Positions 16,676-25,049 of a stretch of 32,000 bases of DNA are shown one piece after another (within the stretch, counting starts at the first letter, position 1; each line of letters opens with the position of its first letter). The DNA is taken from NCBI RefSeq assembly GCF_000012925.1, contig NC_007517.1, forward strand, positions 750,001 to 782,000. Direction: 5' to 3'. The notes beneath the pieces are model-generated. The model had not been told where the DNA came from. It searched no databases and worked only from the letters and a program-made list of their open reading frames with translations. This stretch comes from Geobacter metallireducens GS-15 (GTDB taxonomy: Bacteria; Desulfobacterota; Desulfuromonadia; Geobacterales; Geobacteraceae). A program made the position numbers and the translations under genes.

Positions 16676-17812
16676 ATGAAATTCGGCACCCGCATCATCC
16701 ACACCGGCCACGACATCGACCCCACCACCGGGGCGGTTTCCATCCCCATCTACCAGACCTCTACCTTTCGTCAGGAGTCGGTGGATCACTTCGGCAAGTA
16801 TGACTATGCCCGTTCCGACAATCCCACTCGGGAGGCCCTGGAGGAGACCATTGCCCAGCTGGAGGGAGGAACTCGCGGGTTTGCCTACGCCTCGGGGATG
16901 GCGGCCATCTCGTCGGTGCTGCTTCTCTTCTCGCCGGGGGATCACCTGGTGGTCTGCGAGGATGTGTACGGGGGGACGTTCCGGGTCCTGACCCAGCTCT
17001 TCAGCCGCCTCGGCATCACCTCCACCTTCGTGGATGCCACCGATCTGGACGCCATCGCCGCTGCGTTCCGGCCCGAGACCAAGGGGCTCTTCCTGGAGAG
17101 CCCGTCGAACCCGCTTCTCAAGATCACCGACCTGGAAGGCGCGGCCCGCATCGCCCGGGAGCGGGGCGCCATAACGCTGGTGGACAACACCTTCATGACT
17201 CCCTACCTCCAGAGGCCCCTGGAGGTGGGGTGCGACATCGTCCTCCACAGCGGGACCAAGTTCCTGAACGGCCACAGCGACGTCATCTGCGGCTTTGCCG
17301 TGGTGAAGGACCCCGAGTTGGGGAAGCGGATCCGCTTCATTCAGAATGCCTTCGGCGCCATCCTCGGCCCCCAGGATTCGTGGCTCGTGCTCCGGGGGCT
17401 CAAGACCCTTCGGGTGCGGATGGAGGAGAGCCAGCGGAGCGCGACCCGCATCGCCTCGTGGCTGGCGGGAGAGAAGCGGGTGACCCGGGTGCTGTACCCC
17501 GGCCTTCCGAGCCACCCCGGCCATGCAATCCATGCCCGCCAGAGCTCGGGTCCCGGCGCGGTTCTCTCCTTTGCCCTCGACTCCCTGGAGGTTACCCGCC
17601 GGCTCCTGGAGGGGATGAAGCTGGCCGCCTTCGCCGTGAGCCTCGGCGGGGTGGAGAGCATCATCTCCTACCCGGCCAGGATGTCCCATGCGGCCATGCC
17701 CCCCGAGGAGCGGGCCGCCCGCGGCATCGGCGACACGCTCGTGCGCCTCTCGGTGGGGCTGGAGGAGGCCGACGACCTCATCGCGGAGATGGACCGGCTC
17801 ATCAACGGCTGA
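16676..17812 (+). CDS. Cys/Met-metabolism PLP enzyme (cystathionine gamma-synthase / beta-lyase family), paralog 2
   Basis: ATG 16676 follows AAAGGAA. IPIYQTSTF, HSGTKFLNGHSD and LRLSVGLEEADDLI are present. The 5' extension in the ORF track overlaps the upstream gene. Confidence 0.9.
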   Translation: MKFGTRIIHTGHDIDPTTGAVSIPIYQTSTFRQESVDHFGKYDYARSDNPTREALEETIAQLEGGTRGFAYASGMAAISSVLLLFSPGDHLVVCEDVYGGTFRVLTQLFSRLGITSTFVDATDLDAIAAAFRPETKGLFLESPSNPLLKITDLEGAARIARERGAITLVDNTFMTPYLQRPLEVGCDIVLHSGTKFLNGHSDVICGFAVVKDPELGKRIRFIQNAFGAILGPQDSWLVLRGLKTLRVRMEESQRSATRIASWLAGEKRVTRVLYPGLPSHPGHAIHARQSSGPGAVLSFALDSLEVTRRLLEGMKLAAFAVSLGGVESIISYPARMSHAAMPPEERAARGIGDTLVRLSVGLEEADDLIAEMDRLING

Positions 17813-17953
17813 ACCCATTCAGGCAGCACGGTTCTCGCCCCGGGATCCTCGGTATGCTCCGACGGTTCCGGGGCGTTTTGCGTCATGGTCAGACCATCGG
17901 GGCATTGGCAAACTTTTCCCCTTTGGGAGTAAAAAGTTTCGATTCTTTGCCGA

Positions 17954-17959
17954 TATAAT
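17954..17959 (+). promoter_or_regulatory. Candidate -10 box (TATAAT) for the GGDEF-EAL gene
   Basis: A perfect TATAAT sits downstream of an A/T-rich tract. I see no convincing -35 box. Confidence 0.3.
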
Positions 17960-18035
17960 AGTATAGGTGAAGTTCGGGGAGGAGCTGTTTGTCCCCATGG
18001 ACACGCACCGGGCAAGGAAAGGATAGTCGGACACC

Positions 18036-20498
18036 ATGCGGATACGGACCACGTTGACGGCGGGTTGCTTCATTTTCGCCCTGCTCACCGCGCTGGTGGG
18101 ATACTTCGGCGGCCGTGCCATTACCAAAATCAGCGGAGAGTTCGACCGGGTGGCCGAGGAGGTTTTTCCTCTCCTCAGGACGCTGGAGGACCTCCGCTTT
18201 GCCGGTCTTCGGATCGTTTCCTCATCCGCCGAGCATACCCTTATCGTGAAACAGAGGGGCGATGCCGCGCGGCGAGGGGACTCGATTGTATTGGCCTCGT
18301 CAGGAATCGAGACCCTTGATGAGGCCCTCGCACGGCTGCAGTCGCTGAGTTCCTCCCTCGACCCCGAAGAGCGCCCTCTGGTGGCCGATGTGGATCGGGC
18401 CGGGCGAAGGCTTCTCGAGACGAGCAGGGTGCATCTGCGGCTGGTCCTGTCGGAAGCCCCGGAGGCTGAGCTTCGCAGCATTCGTGAGCGGTCACGGGGG
18501 GAGGAGGGGGCCTTCTTTGCAGCGGTCAGTCAGGCCTTTGCCCACAAAAGCGAGGAACTCGACGCCGCCAAGGCCGAGGTGCGGCAAGCGATCAGAACAG
18601 CACAGTTCACCATTGCCGTGGCCTCGCTGGTTGCCCTCGTTCTCGCCATCGGCGGCGGGTCCCTCGTCGCCGCTTCCATTTCCCGTCCCATAGCGCTTCT
18701 CCGCGACGGCGTCGAACAGGTAGGGCAGGGGCTTCTCGATACGCGGGTCGAGGTGACGGCCCGCAACGAGATCGGCACCCTCGCCGTCGCCTTCAATCGG
18801 ATGACAGGGGAGCTGCAATTCACCAAGAACGAGATCGTCACGGCGAGGAACTTCCTCGACAACGTGATCCAGTCCATGGCCGACGCCCTCGTCATCCTCT
18901 CCACCGACTGGACGATCATCAGCGTCAATCCGGCCCTCTGTACCATCCTGGGCTATGGCGAGAACGAACTCCTGGGGAGTCCCTTCGGCCGGATTGTCGC
19001 CGGCGGTGCGGAGGAGAGAGAACTCCTGCGTGAAATGGCCGAGCGGGGGCAGGTGCCGGAACGGGAACTCATCTACCTTGCCAGGGATGGTGCCGCCATC
19101 CCGGTTTCCGTTTCCGGAGCGGTCATGAGAAGCCCCACCGGCGAGGTGGTGGGGATTGTCTGCATCGCCCATGACATCAGCGAGCGGAAGCGGTCCGAGG
19201 AGGAGATCCGCCGGCTGGCTTTCTACGACCCCCTTACCCGGCTCCCCAACCGCAGCCTCTTTCAGGACAAACTCGCCCAGGCCATCCGGCGGAGCCGCAC
19301 CGACGGCGACATGATCGCCCTTCTCTTCCTCGACCTGGACCGGTTCAAGGACATCAACGACACACTGGGGCATGCCTACGGCGATCAGCTCCTGTTGGCC
19401 GTTGCCGCCCGGCTTGGCGACAATCTTCGTCCCACCGAGTTTCTTGCGCGGCTCGGCGGCGACGAGTTCGTGTTTCTGGTTACCGGCCTCCGCGACAAGA
19501 GGAGCGTCGGGAGCCTCGCCCATTCCATTCTCGAATTGCTCAACACCCCCTTTGAGATCGACGACAAGGAGTTGTTCATCTCGACGAGTATCGGTATTGC
19601 CCTCTCCCCCGGTGATGGCGATGACGGCGACACCCTCCTGACCCACGCCGACATGGCCCTCTACGCGGCCAAGGAGCAGGGGCGAAACGCATTCAGCTTC
19701 TTCTCCGAGGAATTGAACCGCGAGGCCCGGGAGCGCCGCCACCTTGAGGGGAGCCTCCACCGTGCCTTTGCCAACGACGAGTTCTTCCTGGAGTACCAGC
19801 CACAAATAGAGCTACGCAGCGGAAGGATCTTCAGTTTCGAGGCCCTGGTACGCTGGCAGCATCCCGAAGACGGGCTTATCTACCCGAATCGTTTCATCCC
19901 GGTGGCGGAGGAGACCGGACTCATCCGGCGGCTCGGCGAGTGGGTCCTGCGGACCGCCTGTCTCCAGTGCCGGCAGTGGCAGCAGCCGGGGCTTCCGCCG
20001 GTACGGGTGGCAGTCAACGTGTCGGGGCACCAGTTCAACCAGCCGGGGTTCATCGACATGGTCGACCGGGTCCTGGAGGAAACGGAGCTTGATCCGGAAC
20101 TCCTGGAACTGGAACTGACCGAAAGCTCCCTCATGGCCGGAGCCCAGGAATCCATCATGACCCTCATCGACCTGAAGGTCCGGGGGATCCACCTGGCCAT
20201 CGACGATTTCGGCACCGGCTACTCTTCCCTCAGCTACCTCAAGCACTTTCCCCTCGACCGCCTCAAGATCGACCGCTCCTTTGTCCGGGACATCGTCAAG
20301 GACCTGGACGACCGGGCCATTGTCGAGGCCATTATCGCCATGGCCCACAGCCTGGGGCTGCGGGTCCTGGCCGAGGGGGTCGAACATGAGGATGAACTTG
20401 AGCTGCTCAAGGAGCGGGGGTGCGACGAAGTGCAGGGGTTTTACTTCGCCCATCCCCTGCTGCCCGCGGCGGTCGAGGAGAACCTGAAAGTCCGCTGA
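18036..20498 (+). CDS. Membrane-anchored HAMP-PAS-GGDEF-EAL protein (c-di-GMP turnover)
   Basis: Two TM segments flank a ~170-aa helical periplasmic region. A HAMP domain (NEIGTLAVAFNRMT) and a PAS domain follow. RLGGDEFVF, FEALVRWQHP and DDFGTGYSSLSYL are all intact. Confidence 0.92.
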   Translation: MRIRTTLTAGCFIFALLTALVGYFGGRAITKISGEFDRVAEEVFPLLRTLEDLRFAGLRIVSSSAEHTLIVKQRGDAARRGDSIVLASSGIETLDEALARLQSLSSSLDPEERPLVADVDRAGRRLLETSRVHLRLVLSEAPEAELRSIRERSRGEEGAFFAAVSQAFAHKSEELDAAKAEVRQAIRTAQFTIAVASLVALVLAIGGGSLVAASISRPIALLRDGVEQVGQGLLDTRVEVTARNEIGTLAVAFNRMTGELQFTKNEIVTARNFLDNVIQSMADALVILSTDWTIISVNPALCTILGYGENELLGSPFGRIVAGGAEERELLREMAERGQVPERELIYLARDGAAIPVSVSGAVMRSPTGEVVGIVCIAHDISERKRSEEEIRRLAFYDPLTRLPNRSLFQDKLAQAIRRSRTDGDMIALLFLDLDRFKDINDTLGHAYGDQLLLAVAARLGDNLRPTEFLARLGGDEFVFLVTGLRDKRSVGSLAHSILELLNTPFEIDDKELFISTSIGIALSPGDGDDGDTLLTHADMALYAAKEQGRNAFSFFSEELNREARERRHLEGSLHRAFANDEFFLEYQPQIELRSGRIFSFEALVRWQHPEDGLIYPNRFIPVAEETGLIRRLGEWVLRTACLQCRQWQQPGLPPVRVAVNVSGHQFNQPGFIDMVDRVLEETELDPELLELELTESSLMAGAQESIMTLIDLKVRGIHLAIDDFGTGYSSLSYLKHFPLDRLKIDRSFVRDIVKDLDDRAIVEAIIAMAHSLGLRVLAEGVEHEDELELLKERGCDEVQGFYFAHPLLPAAVEENLKVR

Positions 20499-20674
20499 AA
20501 TCCCCCCGCTGTTCCCCCCATGGGGTTCGCCGTCTCCCGTTTCAGATTTCCCCGTAACGCTTTCGCAATTCTGCAAATAATACTGGATTTTTTTATGACG
20601 TATACATAGTATGTCCTTTGACTTCGCTAACTTTCAGGACAGGGGATCCCGTGCGCCGCTATTTTTTTGCCTTC

Positions 20675-22618
20675 ATGAACAACCTGAAGCTGCGCTGGAA
20701 GATGCTGGTGCTGGTGCTCCCCCTCGTGACGGTTCCGATCGTTCTGGTCGGTGGGGTCATCAGCTACATTTCAACCCAACAGGCGTACCGGGGGATCACC
20801 CAGACCAGCAAGGACGACCTGGCCCACATGGCCAGTTTCACCATCGACCTCCTCAATTCCCACTACCAGCAGTTCCAGGTATACAAGCAGGACAAGCAGC
20901 GGAGCACCAACCTGGAGCTGGCCACCCTCACCACCCTTGCCTACAACATGGTGGAGGCCCAGCATCGCCAGTACAAGAGCGGCAAGGTCGACCTCCGGAC
21001 CGCCAAGGAAGAGGCCCGCAAGGCCCTGAAACGGGTCAACGTGGGGACGACCGGCTACATCTACGCCATGTCCACCAAGGGGGATCTGGAGGTGCACATC
21101 GCCCGGGAGGGGGAGAACGTCTACGAGGAGAAGGACGAGAACGGCCGCCCCTTCATCCGGATCATGTGCGAGAACGCCCTGAAGTCCAAGCCGGGGGAGG
21201 TCCTCTACATCGTCTACCCCTGGCGCAACCCGGTGCTCGGCGACAAGTATCCCCGCAACAAGGTGGTTGCCTACCGTTATTTCCGGGAGTGGGACTGGAT
21301 CATCGCCTCGGGGGGCTACCTGGAGGAGACCTACGAAGACCTCGCCTTTGAGCGCCGCTCTTTCCAGGAGCTGAAGGATAAGATCAAGAGCAAGAAGGTG
21401 GGGGATACCGGCTACATTTTCTGCATGGACGACAAGGGGAACTTCACCGTTCACCCCGGCGGGGAGGGGAAGAATTTCCTCAACGCCGTGGATTCCAGCG
21501 GCCACAAGTTCATCAAGGAAATGGTGGAGAAGAAGCGGGGCTGGATCCGCTATCCCTGGCTCAACCCCGGGGAAAAGAACCCGCGGATGAAGATCGTCCG
21601 CTACGACTACTTCAAACCGTGGGGATGGATTGTGGCGGTCGGCTCCTACGAGGACGAGTTCTACGGGGAGGCCAACAAGATCCGGGGCCGGATCGCAGCC
21701 TCCATGACGCTGCTGACCATTGTGACGAGTGTTGTGGCCACCGGGCTGGTCTTCCTGGCGGCCAAGATTTTCACTCAGCCCATCATGCACATGATCGACG
21801 TGATCCGTAGGGTGAAGAAAGGGCGGCTCGACGAGCAGATGGAGGTGGATGCGGGGGATGAGCTGGGCGAGATGGCGTCGGCCTTTAACCTGATGACCGC
21901 CATGATCCGCCAGAACAAGGAGATGGAGGCAAGCCTCGCCCAGCAGGGGAAGATGGCGTCCCTCGGTGTCCTCTCCTCGGGGGTGGCCCACGAGATCAAC
22001 AACCCACTCGGGGTTATCCTTGGCTACGCCTCCTACATCGAGGGGAAAACCAGCGAGGATGATCCCAACTACAGGTTCATCCACGAGATCAAGCGGGAGA
22101 GCAAGCGGTGCAAGAAGATCGTCCAGGATCTCCTCTCCTATGCCCGCACCCCCAAGCCGGCCCTGGAGTGGACCGACGTGAACGACCTGCTGGGGCAGAT
22201 CGTCGATTTCGCCGCCAATCACACCGACATGCACCACGTGACCGTCGTGAAGGATTTCTCTCCCGAATTGCCCCGGGTCATGGTCGACGGCGACCAGATC
22301 AGGCAGGTGGCCATCAACCTGATCCTGAACGCCGGAGCCGCCATGTCCGGGGAAGGGACCCTGACGGTGAAATCGTTCCTGGACGGCGAGGGGTACGTAA
22401 ACATCGTCTTCTGTGACAACGGGGCGGGAATACCCGCCGAGGACATCGAAAAAATTTTCGAGCCCTTCTTCACCACCAAGGCCAAGGGGACGGGGCTCGG
22501 CCTTGCCATCACGAAGCAGATCATCGAGATGCACCATGGCAAGATCAGCATCCTGAGCGAAGTGGGGAAGGGGTCCGACGTGATTGTGAAGCTGCCGGTG
22601 GACCGGGACGAGCTGTGA
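20675..22618 (+). CDS. Sensor histidine kinase with two tandem periplasmic Cache-like domains plus HAMP
   Basis: An internal duplication is visible (TGYIYAMSTKGDLEVH...YPWRNP...WDWIIASGGY versus TGYIFCMDDKGNFTVH...YPWLNP...WGWIVAVGSY). H-box VAHEINNPLGVI, DNGAGI and GTGLGLAI are present. The start is uncertain: ATG 20675, GTG 20651 or TTG 20618. Confidence 0.88.
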   Translation: MNNLKLRWKMLVLVLPLVTVPIVLVGGVISYISTQQAYRGITQTSKDDLAHMASFTIDLLNSHYQQFQVYKQDKQRSTNLELATLTTLAYNMVEAQHRQYKSGKVDLRTAKEEARKALKRVNVGTTGYIYAMSTKGDLEVHIAREGENVYEEKDENGRPFIRIMCENALKSKPGEVLYIVYPWRNPVLGDKYPRNKVVAYRYFREWDWIIASGGYLEETYEDLAFERRSFQELKDKIKSKKVGDTGYIFCMDDKGNFTVHPGGEGKNFLNAVDSSGHKFIKEMVEKKRGWIRYPWLNPGEKNPRMKIVRYDYFKPWGWIVAVGSYEDEFYGEANKIRGRIAASMTLLTIVTSVVATGLVFLAAKIFTQPIMHMIDVIRRVKKGRLDEQMEVDAGDELGEMASAFNLMTAMIRQNKEMEASLAQQGKMASLGVLSSGVAHEINNPLGVILGYASYIEGKTSEDDPNYRFIHEIKRESKRCKKIVQDLLSYARTPKPALEWTDVNDLLGQIVDFAANHTDMHHVTVVKDFSPELPRVMVDGDQIRQVAINLILNAGAAMSGEGTLTVKSFLDGEGYVNIVFCDNGAGIPAEDIEKIFEPFFTTKAKGTGLGLAITKQIIEMHHGKISILSEVGKGSDVIVKLPVDRDEL

Positions 22619-22656
22619 CGGCCGGTAGGAACGAATTTTTTTCACAGGGGTAGAGA

Positions 22657-24039
22657 GTGTCCGAAAACAAGCGCATCATGCTCATCGACAACGAGGAGGG
22701 GCTCTGCCGGATGATGGAGGCGGTGCTTCTGGATAGCGGCTATGGCGTGAAGGGGTACACCCGCTCCTTCGAGGCGGTGGAGGAGTTTCGGCCCGGCGAC
22801 TGGGATCTGGTGGTCTCGGACATCAAGATGCCGGGGATGGATGGTCTGGAGGTGCTCCAGCGGATCAAGGCCAAGGAGCCGGCCATTCCGGTCATCATGA
22901 TCACCGCCTACGCCACGGTGGAGATGTCGATCCAGGCCCTGCGCCGGGGCGCCTACGACATGCTGACCAAGCCCTTCGAGCCCGAGGAGCTCCTCTACCG
23001 GGTGAAAAACGCCCTCAAGCACACCGAGCTTCTGGAAGAGAACCGGGAGCTGCGCGAGAAGCTGGTGGGTAAGTTCCGCTTCGACAACATAATCGGCGCC
23101 TCGGACGGGCTCAAGGGGGTTTTGGAGAAGGTGGAGAAAATCGCCATCCGGGACACGTCGGTGCTCATCACCGGCGAGTCGGGGACCGGCAAGGAGCTCA
23201 TCGCCCAGGCGATCCACTACAACTCGGTCCGCAAGGAAAAGAAGTTCGTTGCCATCAACTGCGGTGCCCTGCCGGAGACGCTCCTGGAGAGCGAGCTCTT
23301 CGGCTACCGCAAGGGGGCCTTCACTGGCGCCAAGGAAAACCGCCAGGGACTTCTGGAGGCGGCCGACGGGGGAACCCTGTTTCTGGACGAGGTGGGGAAC
23401 CTCCCCATGAACGTGCAGAAGACGCTTCTCCGTTTCCTCCAGGAGCAGGAGTTTCTCCGCATTGGCGACACCACCCCCACCAAGGTGGACGTGCGGATCA
23501 TCTCGGCCACCAACGCCGACCTGCGGGAAGGGGTCAAGAGCGGCGCCTTCCGGGAGGACCTCTACTACCGCCTCAACGTGGTGAACCTCCATCTCCCGCC
23601 GCTGCGGGAGCGCAAGGGGGATATCCCGCTCCTGGCGGCCCATTTCATTGCCCAGCAGAACAAGAAATTCGACACCGCAATCAAGGGGTTGTCACCCGAC
23701 TCCCTGGAAGCGGCCGTTGGCTATGCCTGGCCCGGCAACATCCGCCAGCTCAGGAACGTGATCGAGGCCTGCACAGCCATGGAGAGCGGCGAATACATTA
23801 CGCTGTCGGTCCTCTCCCAGTTCATCGAGCTTCCCGAGCCACGGGACGAGCCGGCCGTGGAGGCGGAAGGGGAGGAGGGTGCCTACGCCCAGGCCCTTTC
23901 CCGCTTCGAGATGGACTACATCCGGGGACTGTTGCGGAAAAACCGTGGCAATGTGGAGGCAGCCGCCCGTGAGGCGGGGATGAACATGGCCACCATCTAC
24001 CGGAAAATGAAGAAGTACAACCTGCGCCGCGAAGAATAG
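22657..24039 (+). CDS. Sigma-54-dependent response regulator (NtrC family: receiver, AAA+, Fis-type HTH)
   Basis: The receiver segment VVSDIKMPGMDG, Walker A GESGTGKE, the sigma-54 contact loop GAFTGA and a C-terminal HTH (NVEAAAREAGMNMATIYRKMKKY) are present. The start is GTG 22657. Confidence 0.93.
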   Translation: MSENKRIMLIDNEEGLCRMMEAVLLDSGYGVKGYTRSFEAVEEFRPGDWDLVVSDIKMPGMDGLEVLQRIKAKEPAIPVIMITAYATVEMSIQALRRGAYDMLTKPFEPEELLYRVKNALKHTELLEENRELREKLVGKFRFDNIIGASDGLKGVLEKVEKIAIRDTSVLITGESGTGKELIAQAIHYNSVRKEKKFVAINCGALPETLLESELFGYRKGAFTGAKENRQGLLEAADGGTLFLDEVGNLPMNVQKTLLRFLQEQEFLRIGDTTPTKVDVRIISATNADLREGVKSGAFREDLYYRLNVVNLHLPPLRERKGDIPLLAAHFIAQQNKKFDTAIKGLSPDSLEAAVGYAWPGNIRQLRNVIEACTAMESGEYITLSVLSQFIELPEPRDEPAVEAEGEEGAYAQALSRFEMDYIRGLLRKNRGNVEAAAREAGMNMATIYRKMKKYNLRREE

Positions 24040-24059
24040 CTCCAGCTCCCTCTCTCATC

Positions 24060-24075
24060 TTTGCATTTTTGCAAA
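24060..24075. promoter_or_regulatory. Palindrome TTTGCA-N4-TGCAAA, candidate enhancer (UAS) site 1
   Basis: A perfect 6-bp inverted repeat lies ~270 bp upstream of the -24 element at 24334. Confidence 0.45.
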
Positions 24076-24088
24076 ACCCCGAAGAATC

Positions 24089-24110
24089 CCCCTCGCACCC
24101 CTGCGAGGGG
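24089..24110 (+). terminator. GC hairpin after the regulator gene (possible terminator, no U-tract)
   Basis: The stem is CCCCTCGCA cccc TGCGAGGGG (9 bp). It is followed by AAGGGCC, so intrinsic termination is doubtful. Confidence 0.35.
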
Positions 24111-24208
24111 AAGGGCCGCAATGTTGCAAATGACAGCAATGTCAATGTGTTATGCTCTGTTGACGGTCTCCGTAGCCGCCTCTCTCCGACTCGCCGCCAC
24201 TTCTCTCC

Positions 24209-24222
24209 TTGCATGCCTGCAA
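24209..24222. promoter_or_regulatory. Palindrome TTGCA-N4-TGCAA, candidate enhancer (UAS) site 2
   Basis: The sequence is cTTGCAtgccTGCAAa, ~120 bp upstream of the -24 element. An AT-rich tract (24260-24330) lies between it and the promoter. Confidence 0.45.
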
Positions 24223-24332
24223 AAACACCGTTAGATATCTCTCCTCGCTTTTGGTTCACAGCGAACTGAATACTGTTTTTAAGTGTTTGTAATTACTGTG
24301 ATATTTGGTTTGTAAAAATATTTTCACCGATT

Positions 24333-24348
24333 TGGTATACAGGTTGCT
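24333..24348 (+). promoter_or_regulatory. Sigma-54 (-24/-12) promoter of the four-gene cassette
   Basis: The sequence is TGGTATacaggTTGCT. GG (24334-24335) and GC (24346-24347) are at the canonical offset. It lies downstream of an enhancer-binding-protein gene. Confidence 0.65.
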
Positions 24349-24473
24349 CTTACCAAAATCAGTTACTCCTTCGAAAAGCATGGGTCGGAGCCGGGGATGG
24401 TGACGACCAGATGAACCGGCACTCCTCCCATGCGCGGCAGAAAAACCGAAACGGTTTAGTGATAGAGGTTCCC

Positions 24474-24665
24474 ATGAAGGACGGAATTGTCTGCCCCTTC
24501 TACGGCAAAAGCGATGACATCTGCGACGTGGGGTGCGGTTACATCTCACCCCACGACGTCAACATGATCATCAAGTTCTGCAGCTGCCGGTACCGCGAGT
24601 GCATGAAGTACCAGGAGCTGTCGGAACGGTTTCCCCACGAGGTACTTACACCGGTAAAGTGTTGA
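24474..24665 (+). CDS. Small Cys-rich protein (63 aa, 7 Cys), function unknown
   Basis: ATG 24474 follows AGAGG. The sequence is MKDGIVCPFYGKSDDICDVGCGYISPHDVNMIIKFCSCRYRECMKYQELSERFPHEVLTPVKC. The longer track start at 24411 has no RBS. Confidence 0.6.
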   Translation: MKDGIVCPFYGKSDDICDVGCGYISPHDVNMIIKFCSCRYRECMKYQELSERFPHEVLTPVKC

Positions 24666-24684
24666 GCAATAAAAGGAGGAAGTC

Positions 24685-24807
24685 ATGCTGTACAACCTGA
24701 GTCTGCACCTTGATGGACCGTATATCCTGTATGCCCTGACGATTGTGGCGGCCTTAACGGTTATTTCTTTGGTAAAGGAGAAGAGAGATGAGCGAAAGAG
24801 AGCTTGA
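24685..24807 (+). CDS. Mini-protein (40 aa) with one TM helix and a basic tail; absent from the ORF track
   Basis: A strong AAAAGGAGGA RBS lies 4 nt upstream of ATG 24685. My manual translation is MLYNLSLHLDGPYILYALTIVAALTVISLVKEKRDERKRA, stop at 24805-24807. It overlaps the next gene's start by 20 nt. Confidence 0.5.
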   Translation: MLYNLSLHLDGPYILYALTIVAALTVISLVKEKRDERKRA

Positions 24808-25039
24808 ACTGCTGGCTAGAATTGAGCAACTGGAGCGGCACACCTGGCGCAACAGCGCCATCCTCCGTGCGGTAGCCATGGTGGCCGGCACTGCCATGAT
24901 AGGTCTCTTCATCGCCTCGGGGGTTGTGGGGGGCGGACACGGGAGCCACTGGAGCGGACCGGCCTGGAACACCATGTGGCTCTACGGCCTGTTCGCGGCG
25001 AATGCGGTGTCCATGTTCTGGACAACCCATAAGAACTAG
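24788..25039 (+). CDS. Small membrane protein (83 aa): N-terminal heptad-like helix plus two TM segments
   Basis: An AAGGAG RBS is present. The sequence begins MSERELELLARIEQLERH, followed by the hydrophobic segments AVAMVAGTAMIGLFIASGVV and MWLYGLFAANAVSMFW. Confidence 0.6.
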   Translation: MSERELELLARIEQLERHTWRNSAILRAVAMVAGTAMIGLFIASGVVGGGHGSHWSGPAWNTMWLYGLFAANAVSMFWTTHKN

Positions 25040-25049
25040 GAGAATAGCC

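Noticed and set aside
18001-18035. CACGCACCGGGCAAGG resembling the 5' end of a GEMM-I c-di-GMP riboswitch
   Set aside because: Only ~35 nt remain before the start codon. The second conserved half (GGACGCAAAGCC-like) is absent, so a full aptamer cannot fit.
20618-24039. PilS/PilR-type pair followed by a pilin gene
   Set aside because: The downstream small proteins lack the type IV pilin leader and the FTLIE N-terminal motif. The kinase has periplasmic Cache domains, unlike PilS.
24788-25039. Psp (phage-shock) operon analogy for the sigma-54 cassette
   Set aside because: There is no PspA-like coiled-coil protein. The 83-aa protein has the helix first and the TM segments second, the opposite of PspB. 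The activator has a receiver domain, unlike PspF.
24924-25049. Upstream extension of the 349-aa membrane protein ORF
   Set aside because: It overlaps the 83-aa gene in another frame and has no RBS. The ATG at 25050 follows TAGGAGA and begins a typical signal-anchor.
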